DNA of 64,000 bases from Candidatus Latescibacterota bacterium (GTDB taxonomy: Bacteria; Latescibacterota; UBA2968; UBA8231), in contig OZ241867.1 in assembly GCA_965203175.1 (NCBI GenBank), positions 1,504,001-1,568,000 of the forward strand. The letters run 5' to 3'. A program made the position numbers and the translations under genes. Positions 9,610-17,823 of the stretch are shown one piece after another. Below the pieces are notes generated by a model, which worked only from the letters and a program-made list of their open reading frames with translations, was not told where the DNA came from and did no database searches. The stretch's first letter is position 1, and each line of letters opens with the position of its first letter.

Positions 9610-10581
9610 GTGCAGTACAAGATCCTAGGCCGTACAGGCGTCAAAGTGTCTTCCCTGTGCTACGGTACCATGGCCTTTGGCGGCGATGCGGACGAGGCGA
9701 CCTCCGGGCAGATGTATCGCTACTGCCGCGAGTTGGGGATCAATTTCTTCGACACGGCCAATGTCTATTCCAACGGGCTTTCCGAGAAGATATTGGGCCG
9801 ATTGATCCAAGGCGAGCGCGACGAGTTGGTAATCAATTCGAAAGTCTGCGGCGCGATGGGCGACGGCCCCAATGACCGAGGCCTGTCGCGACGGCATATT
9901 GTGCAGGCCGTAGAAGCCAGTCTCAGACGGCTGCAGACGGACCGCCTCGATCTGTACTTCGTCCACAATTTCGACGAAGATACGCCGGTGGAAGAGACCC
10001 TCGCCGCGCTCGACGACTTGGTGCGCGGCGGCAAAATCCTCTATCCGGCCGTGAGCAACTGGGCCGCTTGGCAAATTGCCAAATCCCTCGGCCACTGCGC
10101 CCGCGAGGGACTGGCACCCTTTGCGTGCATTCAGCCCATGTACAGCTTGGCCAAGCGGCAAGTGGAAGTAGAAATCCTGCCACTGGCCCGCTCAGAGGGC
10201 TTGGGCGTGATTGCCTACAGCCCTTTAGGAGGCGGCTTGCTGACCGGCAAGTACGGGATCGACAAGCGGCCCGAGCGGGGTCGTCTCTTGCAGCAGGACA
10301 ACTACATCAAACGCTACGCCAATCCCGTGTTCTACGAAGTCGCCGAGCGCTTCGTGCGCTATGCCGGCGACCAAGACGTACATCCGGTGACCTTAGCCGT
10401 CGCGTGGGTCATGGGACATCGAGACGTGACCGCGCCGATCATCGGCGGGCGCGACCTAGACCAGTTAAAGCCATCGCTCGCCGCGCTCGACTTTGCCATG
10501 TCGGCCGAGATGCGCGCCGAGGTATCGGCGCTTTCGATCGCACCGCCGCCAGCTACCGACCGCGACGAGGAACTGTTTTAA
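9610..10581 (+). CDS. Aldo/keto reductase
   Basis: LGRTGVKVS, GINFFDTANVY, SLRRLQTDRLDLYFVH, SNW, QPMYSL, YSPLGGGLLTGKY; GTG start. Confidence 0.95.
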   Translation: MQYKILGRTGVKVSSLCYGTMAFGGDADEATSGQMYRYCRELGINFFDTANVYSNGLSEKILGRLIQGERDELVINSKVCGAMGDGPNDRGLSRRHIVQAVEASLRRLQTDRLDLYFVHNFDEDTPVEETLAALDDLVRGGKILYPAVSNWAAWQIAKSLGHCAREGLAPFACIQPMYSLAKRQVEVEILPLARSEGLGVIAYSPLGGGLLTGKYGIDKRPERGRLLQQDNYIKRYANPVFYEVAERFVRYAGDQDVHPVTLAVAWVMGHRDVTAPIIGGRDLDQLKPSLAALDFAMSAEMRAEVSALSIAPPPATDRDEELF

Positions 10582-10592
10582 AGGAGAAAAAC

Positions 10593-11381
10593 ATGAGACC
10601 CAACAAGCTGCGCGAAAAACTCAACGCCGGAGAGCCCACGCTAGGCACCCACATCCACACCACTTGGCCTTCGATCGTCGAAGCCCTAGGGCATACGGGC
10701 GAGTACGACTACGTGGAATTTGTCGCCGAGTATGGCCCCTTTGACCTGCACGACTTGGACAACCTCGCCCGAGCCGCCGAGCTATGGGACTTGGGAACGA
10801 TGATCAAGGTTGATGCCGAAAACCGCGCTTATGTGTCCCAACGGGCCATAGGGTCGGGTTTCGGCAGCGTGCTCTTTGCCGATGTGCGCGACCCAGACGA
10901 CGCGCGGGCTTGTGTGCGCTGCGTGCGCGCCGACGCGCCCGGGGACGAAGGCACCTATGGAGTAGCTATGCGGCGCATCGCCTATATGAGCTATGGCGGC
11001 ACCCCGGAATACGTCCAAGCGCTACGCGACGTAGTCGTGGTGTTGATGATCGAAAAGGAAAGTGCCGTCGCCGACCTAGCGGCCATGCTCTCAGTAGAAG
11101 GAGTCGAGATGGTCCAGTGGGGAGGGGCCGATTACTCCATGAGCGTCGGCAAGGCCGGCCAGCGCGGCGTGCCGGAAATTGCCGCCGCCGAAGAAAAGGT
11201 CTTTAAGACGGCCTTGGAAATGGGCGTCCATCCGCGCGCCGAAATCAACACAGCCGACGATGCCAAGCGCTTTCTCGACATGGGGGTGCGGCACTTCTGC
11301 GTGGGCACGGATATAGCGGTGCTGTACGGGTATTGGCGCGATCAAGGTGAGGCGATGAGGCGGGCGCTGGAAGGCGAGTAG
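10593..11381 (+). CDS. HpcH/HpaI aldolase family protein
   Basis: MRPNKLREKL.AGEP.LG, LMIEK, EGVEMVQWGGADYSMS, GVRHFCVGTD; RBS AGGAG; true start 10593, not 10068. Confidence 0.85.
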   Translation: MRPNKLREKLNAGEPTLGTHIHTTWPSIVEALGHTGEYDYVEFVAEYGPFDLHDLDNLARAAELWDLGTMIKVDAENRAYVSQRAIGSGFGSVLFADVRDPDDARACVRCVRADAPGDEGTYGVAMRRIAYMSYGGTPEYVQALRDVVVVLMIEKESAVADLAAMLSVEGVEMVQWGGADYSMSVGKAGQRGVPEIAAAEEKVFKTALEMGVHPRAEINTADDAKRFLDMGVRHFCVGTDIAVLYGYWRDQGEAMRRALEGE

Positions 11382-11412
11382 GCCAGCAACGCTGCTAGTG
11401 GACTAACGATGG

Positions 11413-11440
11413 GGCCCGCCCTTGCCCGGCGGGCCTTTTT
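11413..11440 (+). terminator. Rho-independent terminator
   Basis: GGCCCGCC-CTTGCCC-GGCGGGCC stem-loop followed by TTTTT, between convergent genes. Confidence 0.8.
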
Positions 11441-11443
11441 ATG

Positions 11444-12226
11444 TCACCGCCGCCATACGCTCGTCCGCAGCCCTTCGATACCTTCGGACAAGGCGCGGCG
11501 ATAGAGCCACAAGTCGCCGCCATACGCTATGCAGCGGAAGCCTCGGCGCAGCATCTCTGTTCCTTCTTCAATGGTATTGACCAAGTAGCCAGCGGCTTTG
11601 CCTTGGCGCTCGCAGGCATCGACGACGCGGTCGAGGGCGGCGGTGAATTCGGGGTGGTCAAACTGCCCGGGAATCCCTAAGAAGTTGCTCAAGTCGAAAC
11701 CTCCAATCCACAGTATATCAATCCCATCTACCGCGGCGATGCGATCGACGTTTTCGAGCCCGGGGCGGTTTTCGATCTGAGCGATCAGCAAGCCTTCGGT
11801 GTTGGCGTGGTCGATCTTGCCGACGATGGAGCCTTCGGCGAAGTGGTCGTGGGCGATTTGAAAGGCTGCGCCGCGCTGGCCAATGGGCGGGTACTTGCCC
11901 GATTGCACGATGACCTCGGTCTGCTGCGCGTCGCTAATCATCGGCACCATGACGCCTCGGGCCCCCACGTCGAGGACGCGGGCGATGAAGTGATATTGAG
12001 TCGCCGGCACCCGCACAAACGGCTCGATGTGGTCGGCGTTGGTGGTGGCGATCAGGTCGCGTACCGTCTCGACGCTCCAGCCGGTGTGCTCCATGTCGTA
12101 CATAATGAATTCAGCGCCAGCCTCGGCAGAGAGACGGGCAATGCCCGGGGTGCAAAACTCGAAGGTCATAGTGCCGATGACCGTGCCACCCTCTTTGAGG
12201 GTGCGTTTGACTTTGTTGGGTTTCAT
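11444..12226 (-). CDS. HpcH/HpaI aldolase (2-keto-3-deoxy-sugar acid aldolase)
   Basis: DMEH, PFVRVP, LDVGARGVMVPMI, YPP.G.RG, AQIE, GIDILWIGGFDLS. Confidence 0.9.
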   Translation of the reverse strand: MKPNKVKRTLKEGGTVIGTMTFEFCTPGIARLSAEAGAEFIMYDMEHTGWSVETVRDLIATTNADHIEPFVRVPATQYHFIARVLDVGARGVMVPMISDAQQTEVIVQSGKYPPIGQRGAAFQIAHDHFAEGSIVGKIDHANTEGLLIAQIENRPGLENVDRIAAVDGIDILWIGGFDLSNFLGIPGQFDHPEFTAALDRVVDACERQGKAAGYLVNTIEEGTEMLRRGFRCIAYGGDLWLYRRALSEGIEGLRTSVWRR

Positions 12227-13293
12227 CCGAGTTGTCCGGCCTCCGTACGGGGGTCGCTAGCTCGATAGCGGTTCAGTTTTTCTTTGAGAAGGGGGTGTTC
12301 GGCAGCTTGATGATTGACGAGGTGTTGAGGCAAGCAGCCGGAGGCTACTTCGACAAGGCTAGTGCAGGCGCTGCGGCCGATGAGGCGGAAGCACTCGTCG
12401 GTCCAGCAAAGCCCGTGCGGGGCGACGATGGTCTGATCGGTGAGTGCCAACACCGGCTCGTCTTGGGAGACAGGTTCTGTTTCAAAGACGTCGAGGCCGG
12501 CACCGGCGATCTGACCCTGTTGCAGGGCGCGGGTGAGGGCCTGCTGATCGACGATGGGGCCGCGGGCCGTGTTGATGAGGTAGGCGCTTTCTTTCATCAG
12601 CGAGAACTCGCGCTCGCCGATGAGGTGATGGGTCTCCTCAGTGAGCGCGCAACAGATACAGACGTAATCGGCGCTTTGCAGCAACTGATCGAGCTCGACC
12701 AGTTCGGCACCAGCGGCGCGGGCCTGTGCAGCATCGACAAAAGGGTCGGCGGCAATGCAGCGAATGCCAAAGGGCTTGGCCAAGGTGCAGATCTCGCGGC
12801 CGATATTGCCCAAGCCGACCAGCCCCAGCGTGCGACCCGTGACGCCCATGCCTATGTAGTCGAGGCGCTCGTGCCAGCGCCCCTCGCGCACCAAGCGATC
12901 CTTGGCCAGCATCTTGTGGCTGAGGGCCAAGAGATACGTCAGGGCCATGACCGCCACTGGCCGGCGCACGCCGTCGGGGGTAATCGTCAAGAGCACGCCC
13001 TGCTCATTGCACGCTGCCACGTCAACGCTGTCGTAGCCAACGCCGAAGCGGGCGACGATCGCCAGCTTGTCCACTCCCTGCAAGGTCTCGGCGCTGACTA
13101 TCGAGGCGAGAACTAGCAGGCCGTCGTAGCCGCGGATCTGATCGGGGCGCAGTTTGGTGGTGTTTTCAGCTAGAAACTCCCACTCGACCTTTGGGGCTTC
13201 GTCGAGCAGGTCGAGACCAATATCGCCGAAGCCGAGAGTACCGTCGGCCTTGAGAAAGTCGCGGGTGACGCCGATGCGAAAAGTTGTAGTCAT
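12223..13293 (-). CDS. D-2-hydroxyacid (phosphoglycerate dehydrogenase-like) NAD-dependent dehydrogenase
   Basis: RFGVGYD, GLVGLGNIG, LINTARGPIVD, GAGLDVFETEP, APH; start MTTTF. Confidence 0.9.
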   Translation of the reverse strand: MTTTFRIGVTRDFLKADGTLGFGDIGLDLLDEAPKVEWEFLAENTTKLRPDQIRGYDGLLVLASIVSAETLQGVDKLAIVARFGVGYDSVDVAACNEQGVLLTITPDGVRRPVAVMALTYLLALSHKMLAKDRLVREGRWHERLDYIGMGVTGRTLGLVGLGNIGREICTLAKPFGIRCIAADPFVDAAQARAAGAELVELDQLLQSADYVCICCALTEETHHLIGEREFSLMKESAYLINTARGPIVDQQALTRALQQGQIAGAGLDVFETEPVSQDEPVLALTDQTIVAPHGLCWTDECFRLIGRSACTSLVEVASGCLPQHLVNHQAAEHPLLKEKLNRYRASDPRTEAGQLG

Positions 13294-13490
13294 GGCGACA
13301 AACAAGATAGGGCCTGACGGGCAGCTATCAAGGGGAGAGGCGGCTGTATGGGGTAGGGGTCACGTTGTCTGCGATTAGATACAGAAAAGCGGCTGCACAA
13401 CGGAGACCTCGCCAGATAAAAAAGGTGGTTCGCATTTTGCTTATCTGTTCCTGGTGACTACCTTAACTCTAACTGAGGAGCAATACTGGG

Positions 13491-14054
13491 ATGGCCCCTG
13501 AAACATCTGAGATAACCACTCGCGACGTGTTGCAGCAGATCAACCGCCGCTTGGAACTGATTGAAAGCGACGTGCGAGCGGTCAGCGAGAAGTTGGATGT
13601 GTCAGTTCAGACACTGAATGATAAGATCGACACGTCGGCTCAGGATATGGATGGGAAGCGGGAGGTGTCGTTTCAGACGCTGAACGAGAAGATTGATGCG
13701 TCGGATAGGAAGCGGGAGGTGTCATTTCAGACGCTGAATGATAAGATTGATGCGTCGGATAGGAAGCGGGAGGTGTCATTTCAGACGCTGAATGATAAGA
13801 TTGATGCGTCGGTTCAGGGTCTGGATGAGAAGCGAGAGGCATCGGCTCAGACGCTAAATGATAAGATCGACACGTCGGCTCAGACGCTAAATGATAAGAT
13901 CGACACGTCGGCTCAGACGCTAAATGATAAGATCGACACGTCGGCTCAAAAGCTCCACGAGAAGATCGACACTTATTTTCGCTGGACCATCGGCATCGTA
14001 CTAGCTAGCTGGCTGTCCACCATGAGCGCGATCCTGTTCAAAGGCTCCTTGTAG
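13491..14054 (+). CDS. Coiled-coil KID-repeat protein with C-terminal membrane anchor (Bdr/DUF1640-like)
   Basis: RBS GAGGAG; repeats TLNDKIDTSAQ and DRKREVSFQTLNDKIDAS; ends KIDTYFRW plus hydrophobic TIGIVLASWLSTMSAILF. Confidence 0.8.
   Translation: MAPETSEITTRDVLQQINRRLELIESDVRAVSEKLDVSVQTLNDKIDTSAQDMDGKREVSFQTLNEKIDASDRKREVSFQTLNDKIDASDRKREVSFQTLNDKIDASVQGLDEKREASAQTLNDKIDTSAQTLNDKIDTSAQTLNDKIDTSAQKLHEKIDTYFRWTIGIVLASWLSTMSAILFKGSL
13598..13972 (+). repeat. In-frame tandem repeats: 54-bp unit x2 exact and 33-bp unit x3 exact, plus degenerate copies
   Basis: 54-bp unit at 13704-13757 and 13758-13811; 33-bp unit TCGGCTCAGACGCTAAATGATAAGATCGACACG at 13842, 13875 and 13908. Confidence 0.95.
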
Positions 14055-14102
14055 CCTACCCTTCCTCCCAGTTCCTGCGATCACCTGCGCTATGTCGCCT
14101 CG

Positions 14103-15623
14103 CTAGTCGTGCCGCAGATCCTCGCGCTCCATCCACAGGCGCAAGATGCGCGGCGATTGCCGCAGATAGTAGAGATAGGGCCGATCCTGCCAGTGCTTTT
14201 TGGCGGTGCGCTTGTTGTCGTGGGGATGCATGTTGTACTTCCCCCGATAATCGACGACGGTCTTCTTGTGGTTGTCGAGGGCAATGGTCAGAATGCGCTG
14301 CGGCAGCTTGGCCGGATAGGTTAGCTGCATCGACCACACCGACCGCTCGCCCTCCGAGCAGCGCCGGGCATACGAGGCGGCGCAGTGGTGCATGACGCGC
14401 CCTTCAGCTAGCAGGTCGAGCGTGGTGCGCAGCTCGCGTATTGACCAACGCACGCGCTCGCCCGAGAAAGCGTCTTCTTCTTCCCACGCGAATCCGCGAA
14501 AACCAGACGCCTCCCACGCGTCTTTCTCGCCGAGGGCGTAGTCGTCGGCGTTGAGGTCGCCGTGCCACTCGTCAACCAAGCGCAGCAGCTTAGTGATGCT
14601 ACGGCCCTTCATCGAGAAATTCGGCTGAGCCGGTGGCCCTTCAATGAACTGGCCGTTGGGGCCGGGCAATCGCTGGGGCACGAATTTCTGGTAGTGGATA
14701 TAATCGACAATCGGGCCGATGTAAGTGGGTTCCAGCATGGGTTGATTGGCAAAAAAGAGCATCACCGTCTCCCAGAACGGCTCGTCTCGCTGGTAGTCCT
14801 TCAGCCGCGTGGATAAAACGGCCCGACACGTGCGTCCACCCATGCCAGCGAATTGCGCCCAGCGCAGAGCGCGCGAAACCGACCAGCGCCGATGGGCGCT
14901 GGGAAAAAGGTGCGCCATGCGCTTAGTTAGCCGCAGCGGCAGGTCGGCCTTGCGGATGTTCTGGCCGATGCCGATGTGCTTGAACCACTCCTGCTCGCGG
15001 TGCGCTGTCGGAAGATCTCCTTGGAGGAAGGCGGTGTCCATAAAAGGCGGCACCTCGTAGCGGGCTAGTAGATACCGGGTAAGGCTGCGGAACTGTGCCC
15101 GAGGGCTGAGGTGATCGGTGCGCCATTCCTCGACGGGCCGGAGCCAGTCGCCGTAGTGGCGGGCGAGCTGCCCAAGGGCGTCCTCGTAGTTGTTGCCCTC
15201 TTCGCGCGTCCGATTGAGGAATCCCATTTTGAGGCCGAGGAGGTCGGCGCGTCGCTCCACGTGCTTGAGCAGGCGATAGAGGGCTTGACGGCGCTGAGGG
15301 TCCTCGGCCGCGGCGAAGAGCGCGACGAGCTTCCGGCTGAGCGGATACATCTCATCTGGAGGGATCTCGCCGCGGAAGGCCCGGTCAATGAGGCGGGCGC
15401 GGCCCGGGGTGTGGCTGCGGCCGGGGTGCGGCGCGATCGGCCGCAAAGTGTCGGCGGCGAGTTGACGCTCGATTGCGAGCTGACTTTCGGTTTTGTCGCG
15501 CTGGATTGCCAGGCCGTTTTTGCGGCACCAGATGATATAGCTCGAAAGGGACGGGAAGCCGAGCGTTGCGGCGTAGTGCCGGAGGGCGTCGTCAAATGCT
15601 GGCCGGGCCAATGCAGTCGTCAT
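14103..15623 (-). CDS. PcfJ domain-containing protein
   Basis: C-terminal IRELRT..DL.AEGR.MHHCAASY...C..G..S.WS...LTI; LLARYEVPPFMD..F, WF.HIG.GQNIR, LTKRMAH, NFSMKGRS...LL..V..WH. Confidence 0.8.
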   Translation of the reverse strand: MTTALARPAFDDALRHYAATLGFPSLSSYIIWCRKNGLAIQRDKTESQLAIERQLAADTLRPIAPHPGRSHTPGRARLIDRAFRGEIPPDEMYPLSRKLVALFAAAEDPQRRQALYRLLKHVERRADLLGLKMGFLNRTREEGNNYEDALGQLARHYGDWLRPVEEWRTDHLSPRAQFRSLTRYLLARYEVPPFMDTAFLQGDLPTAHREQEWFKHIGIGQNIRKADLPLRLTKRMAHLFPSAHRRWSVSRALRWAQFAGMGGRTCRAVLSTRLKDYQRDEPFWETVMLFFANQPMLEPTYIGPIVDYIHYQKFVPQRLPGPNGQFIEGPPAQPNFSMKGRSITKLLRLVDEWHGDLNADDYALGEKDAWEASGFRGFAWEEEDAFSGERVRWSIRELRTTLDLLAEGRVMHHCAASYARRCSEGERSVWSMQLTYPAKLPQRILTIALDNHKKTVVDYRGKYNMHPHDNKRTAKKHWQDRPYLYYLRQSPRILRLWMEREDLRHD

Positions 15624-15697
15624 GGGCACTTTCCTGAGAAGAGTTAATAAAGTAAAAGGCGCGAAAAGAGCGTAATCATGTCAACGAGAAAATCTCG

Positions 15698-15820
15698 GAT
15701 GAGATAGGCACTCTCCTTCATCAGTGAGAGCCCGCACTCGCTGTCTGTCATTAGATGCAGAAAGCGGCTACACAACAGCGACTCCGCCAGATAAAAAAGG
15801 TGGTTTGTATTTTGATTATC
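15698..15820. repeat. Chimeric relic: diverged copy of 12574-12616 (dehydrogenase interior) joined to a diverged copy of 13366-13445 (intergenic)
   Basis: 35/43 identity to 12574-12616; the second part shares an identical 21-mer CGCCAGATAAAAAAGGTGGTT and flanking similarity with 13366-13445. Confidence 0.85.
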
Positions 15821-15851
15821 CGCTTGAGCGGCCCCCAAAGCTTGGATCACT

Positions 15852-16715
15852 TTAGATGTGAGTTGGCCGGGTCTCGGCGGGCTGATAGTTTAGGGCTTGG
15901 GCAAATTCATCGGGTGTTTTATATCCGAGGCTACTATGGGGTCGTTGCTGGTTGTACAGGCACCGATAGTCCTCCACGACGACGCGGGCTTCGGCGATCG
16001 AAAAGAAGATTTCTGGCGTAAGACACTCGGCTCGAAAACGGCTATGAAAACTTTCGATGAGGCCATTTTGCCACGGGCTACCCGGCTCGATATACAGCGT
16101 CTGGATGTCGGCGGCAGCGCACCAATCCTGAATGAGTCGGGCGATAAATTCCGAGCCATTATCCGAGCGCATAAACGCCGGTGCGCCCCACGCTTCGACC
16201 AGCGCTTGAAGCGTATCCAACACGTGGTCACTGGGGATCGAACGCGCCGGGTGAATGACCAAACACTGCCGGGTATATTCATCTACGACCGTCAGCATCT
16301 TCACCGGCCGACCGTCGGTGGTTCGATCCAAAATGAAATCCCATGACCAGACATGGCCGGGATAGGCCGCCTGCACCGGAGTGCGCCGCGCCGACCGGGG
16401 GCACCGTTTCCGGCGCTCCACCGGTGGTACGCCTAACCCGGCTTGCCGCCGCACCCGCTGGACGCGTTTGCGATTGACCGTCCAACCCTCGCGGCATAAG
16501 AGCTGATGAATAAGCCGATAGCCCCAGCGCGGATGCTGTTTCGACAAGGTGATAATGCGCTGCTCCAGCCGCTGCCGCCGGTCGGTGGGGCCTTGCGGCC
16601 GATGATAATAACTCGAGGGCGCCAGCCCGACCACAAGGCAGGCCCGCCGCGTCGAGCACATCCCCTGTTCGGCGACATAGTGGACGGCTCGTTTTTTATG
16701 CGACGGGCTTACCAT
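15852..16715 (-). CDS. IS3 transposase OrfB (DDE integrase core)
   Basis: HPRWGYR, WSWDF, LTVVDEYTR, RSDNGSEF, PGSPWQNGLIESFHSRFRAECL, YNQQRPHSSLGY. Confidence 0.95.
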   Translation of the reverse strand: MVSPSHKKRAVHYVAEQGMCSTRRACLVVGLAPSSYYHRPQGPTDRRQRLEQRIITLSKQHPRWGYRLIHQLLCREGWTVNRKRVQRVRRQAGLGVPPVERRKRCPRSARRTPVQAAYPGHVWSWDFILDRTTDGRPVKMLTVVDEYTRQCLVIHPARSIPSDHVLDTLQALVEAWGAPAFMRSDNGSEFIARLIQDWCAAADIQTLYIEPGSPWQNGLIESFHSRFRAECLTPEIFFSIAEARVVVEDYRCLYNQQRPHSSLGYKTPDEFAQALNYQPAETRPTHI

Positions 16716-16984
16716 TTTTTTGCGTTGATCGCTTGCAACACCCGATTATCCAGCATCGCTTCGGCCAGCATCTTTTTCAACTCGGCGTTTTCTTTTTCTA
16801 ACGCTTTCAAGCGCTTGGCATCGGCTACATCCATACCGCCGTATTGCTTTTTCCAGCGATAGAAGGTGCCTTCGGCGATGTTATGCACGCGACAGAGTTC
16901 GGCCACCGTTTGGCCGCCATCCGCCTGCCGCAAAATGCGGATAATTTGCTCGACAGTACGAGATTTGCTCCCTTTGCGCTTCAT
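16709..16984 (-). CDS. IS3 transposase OrfA (HTH + leucine zipper)
   Basis: EQIIRILR..ELCR.H.I...TFYRWKKQYGGM...AKRLKALEKENAELKK. Confidence 0.95.
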   Translation of the reverse strand: MKRKGSKSRTVEQIIRILRQADGGQTVAELCRVHNIAEGTFYRWKKQYGGMDVADAKRLKALEKENAELKKMLAEAMLDNRVLQAINAKKW

Positions 16985-17118
16985 GAGTATGCTCCTCGTT
17001 AAGAAACAAGAAAATACTCACATCCAAACCTGTCCAGGTTTAAGGGGGCAGGCCATCACTCTCTTATTTTCGGTTCCTGCGGACCGAAGGGGTAGATCGA
17101 AACATGAGGAGAGGAATT

Positions 17119-17709
17119 ATGACGATCTTTAGGTCGCTATTCTCATTGCTCATAATAAGTTCGATACCTTTATGGGGACAAGAGATTAAAAGAGAACTTC
17201 AACCTGTGGAACTAGGAGTGACGGTAGAAGACTATCAAGAACTTGTCGAAAAAGACAAAACCTATTTGAGGATCTGCACATTTCTAGATAACAAAGAAAA
17301 GGTATATGTTAGGCATGTATTGGACAGAGAGCTGAAATCTATAAGCGGGCAAATAAAAATAGTAAAAAATAGCAATAAAAACCCTGAAGGAATAGACTAT
17401 CTAATGAATGTAAAAGTGATAAAACGCAATGATCTGCAACTGAATCCGAATGTGAAGTATTTCATAACCCGGCTACCTACATGGAGAGCTGATAAATCAG
17501 ATAGGTCTATAGGCAAGGAGCCAGGCATCTTATCACTAATAGAGCTAGTACACGTAAAAACTAAAAGAACAATAACAAAGTGGTATTCCTACTGCAAAAT
17601 TAGCTATAAAGAGGGCATTTTGATGCTAGATGAGCCATTTATAGAGGAGAAGTTAAGAAAGAAGATGATAAAAATATTCAGTGAAGGAATTAATATTGAG
17701 CATGATTAA
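17119..17709 (+). CDS. AT-rich hypothetical protein, possible signal peptide
   Basis: RBS GAGGAGAGG; N-terminal MTIFRSLFSLLIISSIPLWG; strongly A/T-biased codons unlike the host. Confidence 0.65.
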   Translation: MTIFRSLFSLLIISSIPLWGQEIKRELQPVELGVTVEDYQELVEKDKTYLRICTFLDNKEKVYVRHVLDRELKSISGQIKIVKNSNKNPEGIDYLMNVKVIKRNDLQLNPNVKYFITRLPTWRADKSDRSIGKEPGILSLIELVHVKTKRTITKWYSYCKISYKEGILMLDEPFIEEKLRKKMIKIFSEGINIEHD

Positions 17710-17823
17710 AAGTAAAACAAGCTTAAAACAAGCTCGATGAGTTGGGCTGCTAGTAGCGTAAGAGTTCGACCTCAAACTACCCTATCTACTTCAAGATTTA
17801 TTCGGCTCTTCCTTACCTGACTA

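Larger units (their letters stand above)
15825..17055 (-). mobile_element. IS3-family insertion sequence (1231 bp)
   Basis: TG...CA ends with imperfect IRs (TGAGCGGCCCCCAAAGCTTGGA vs TGGCCTGCCCCCTTAAACCTGGA); orfA/orfB overlap with an A7 slippery run (GCAAAAAAATGGTAA on minus strand); no flanking duplication seen. Confidence 0.92.

Noticed and set aside
13598-13972. 33/54-bp repeats as a CRISPR array
   Set aside because: Units are contiguous with no unique spacers, are multiples of 3 inside an ORF, and no cas genes are present.
15644-15850. 68-aa ORF containing LMKESAYLI
   Set aside because: It is read across the IS end and the chimeric relic; reported as a relic, not a gene.
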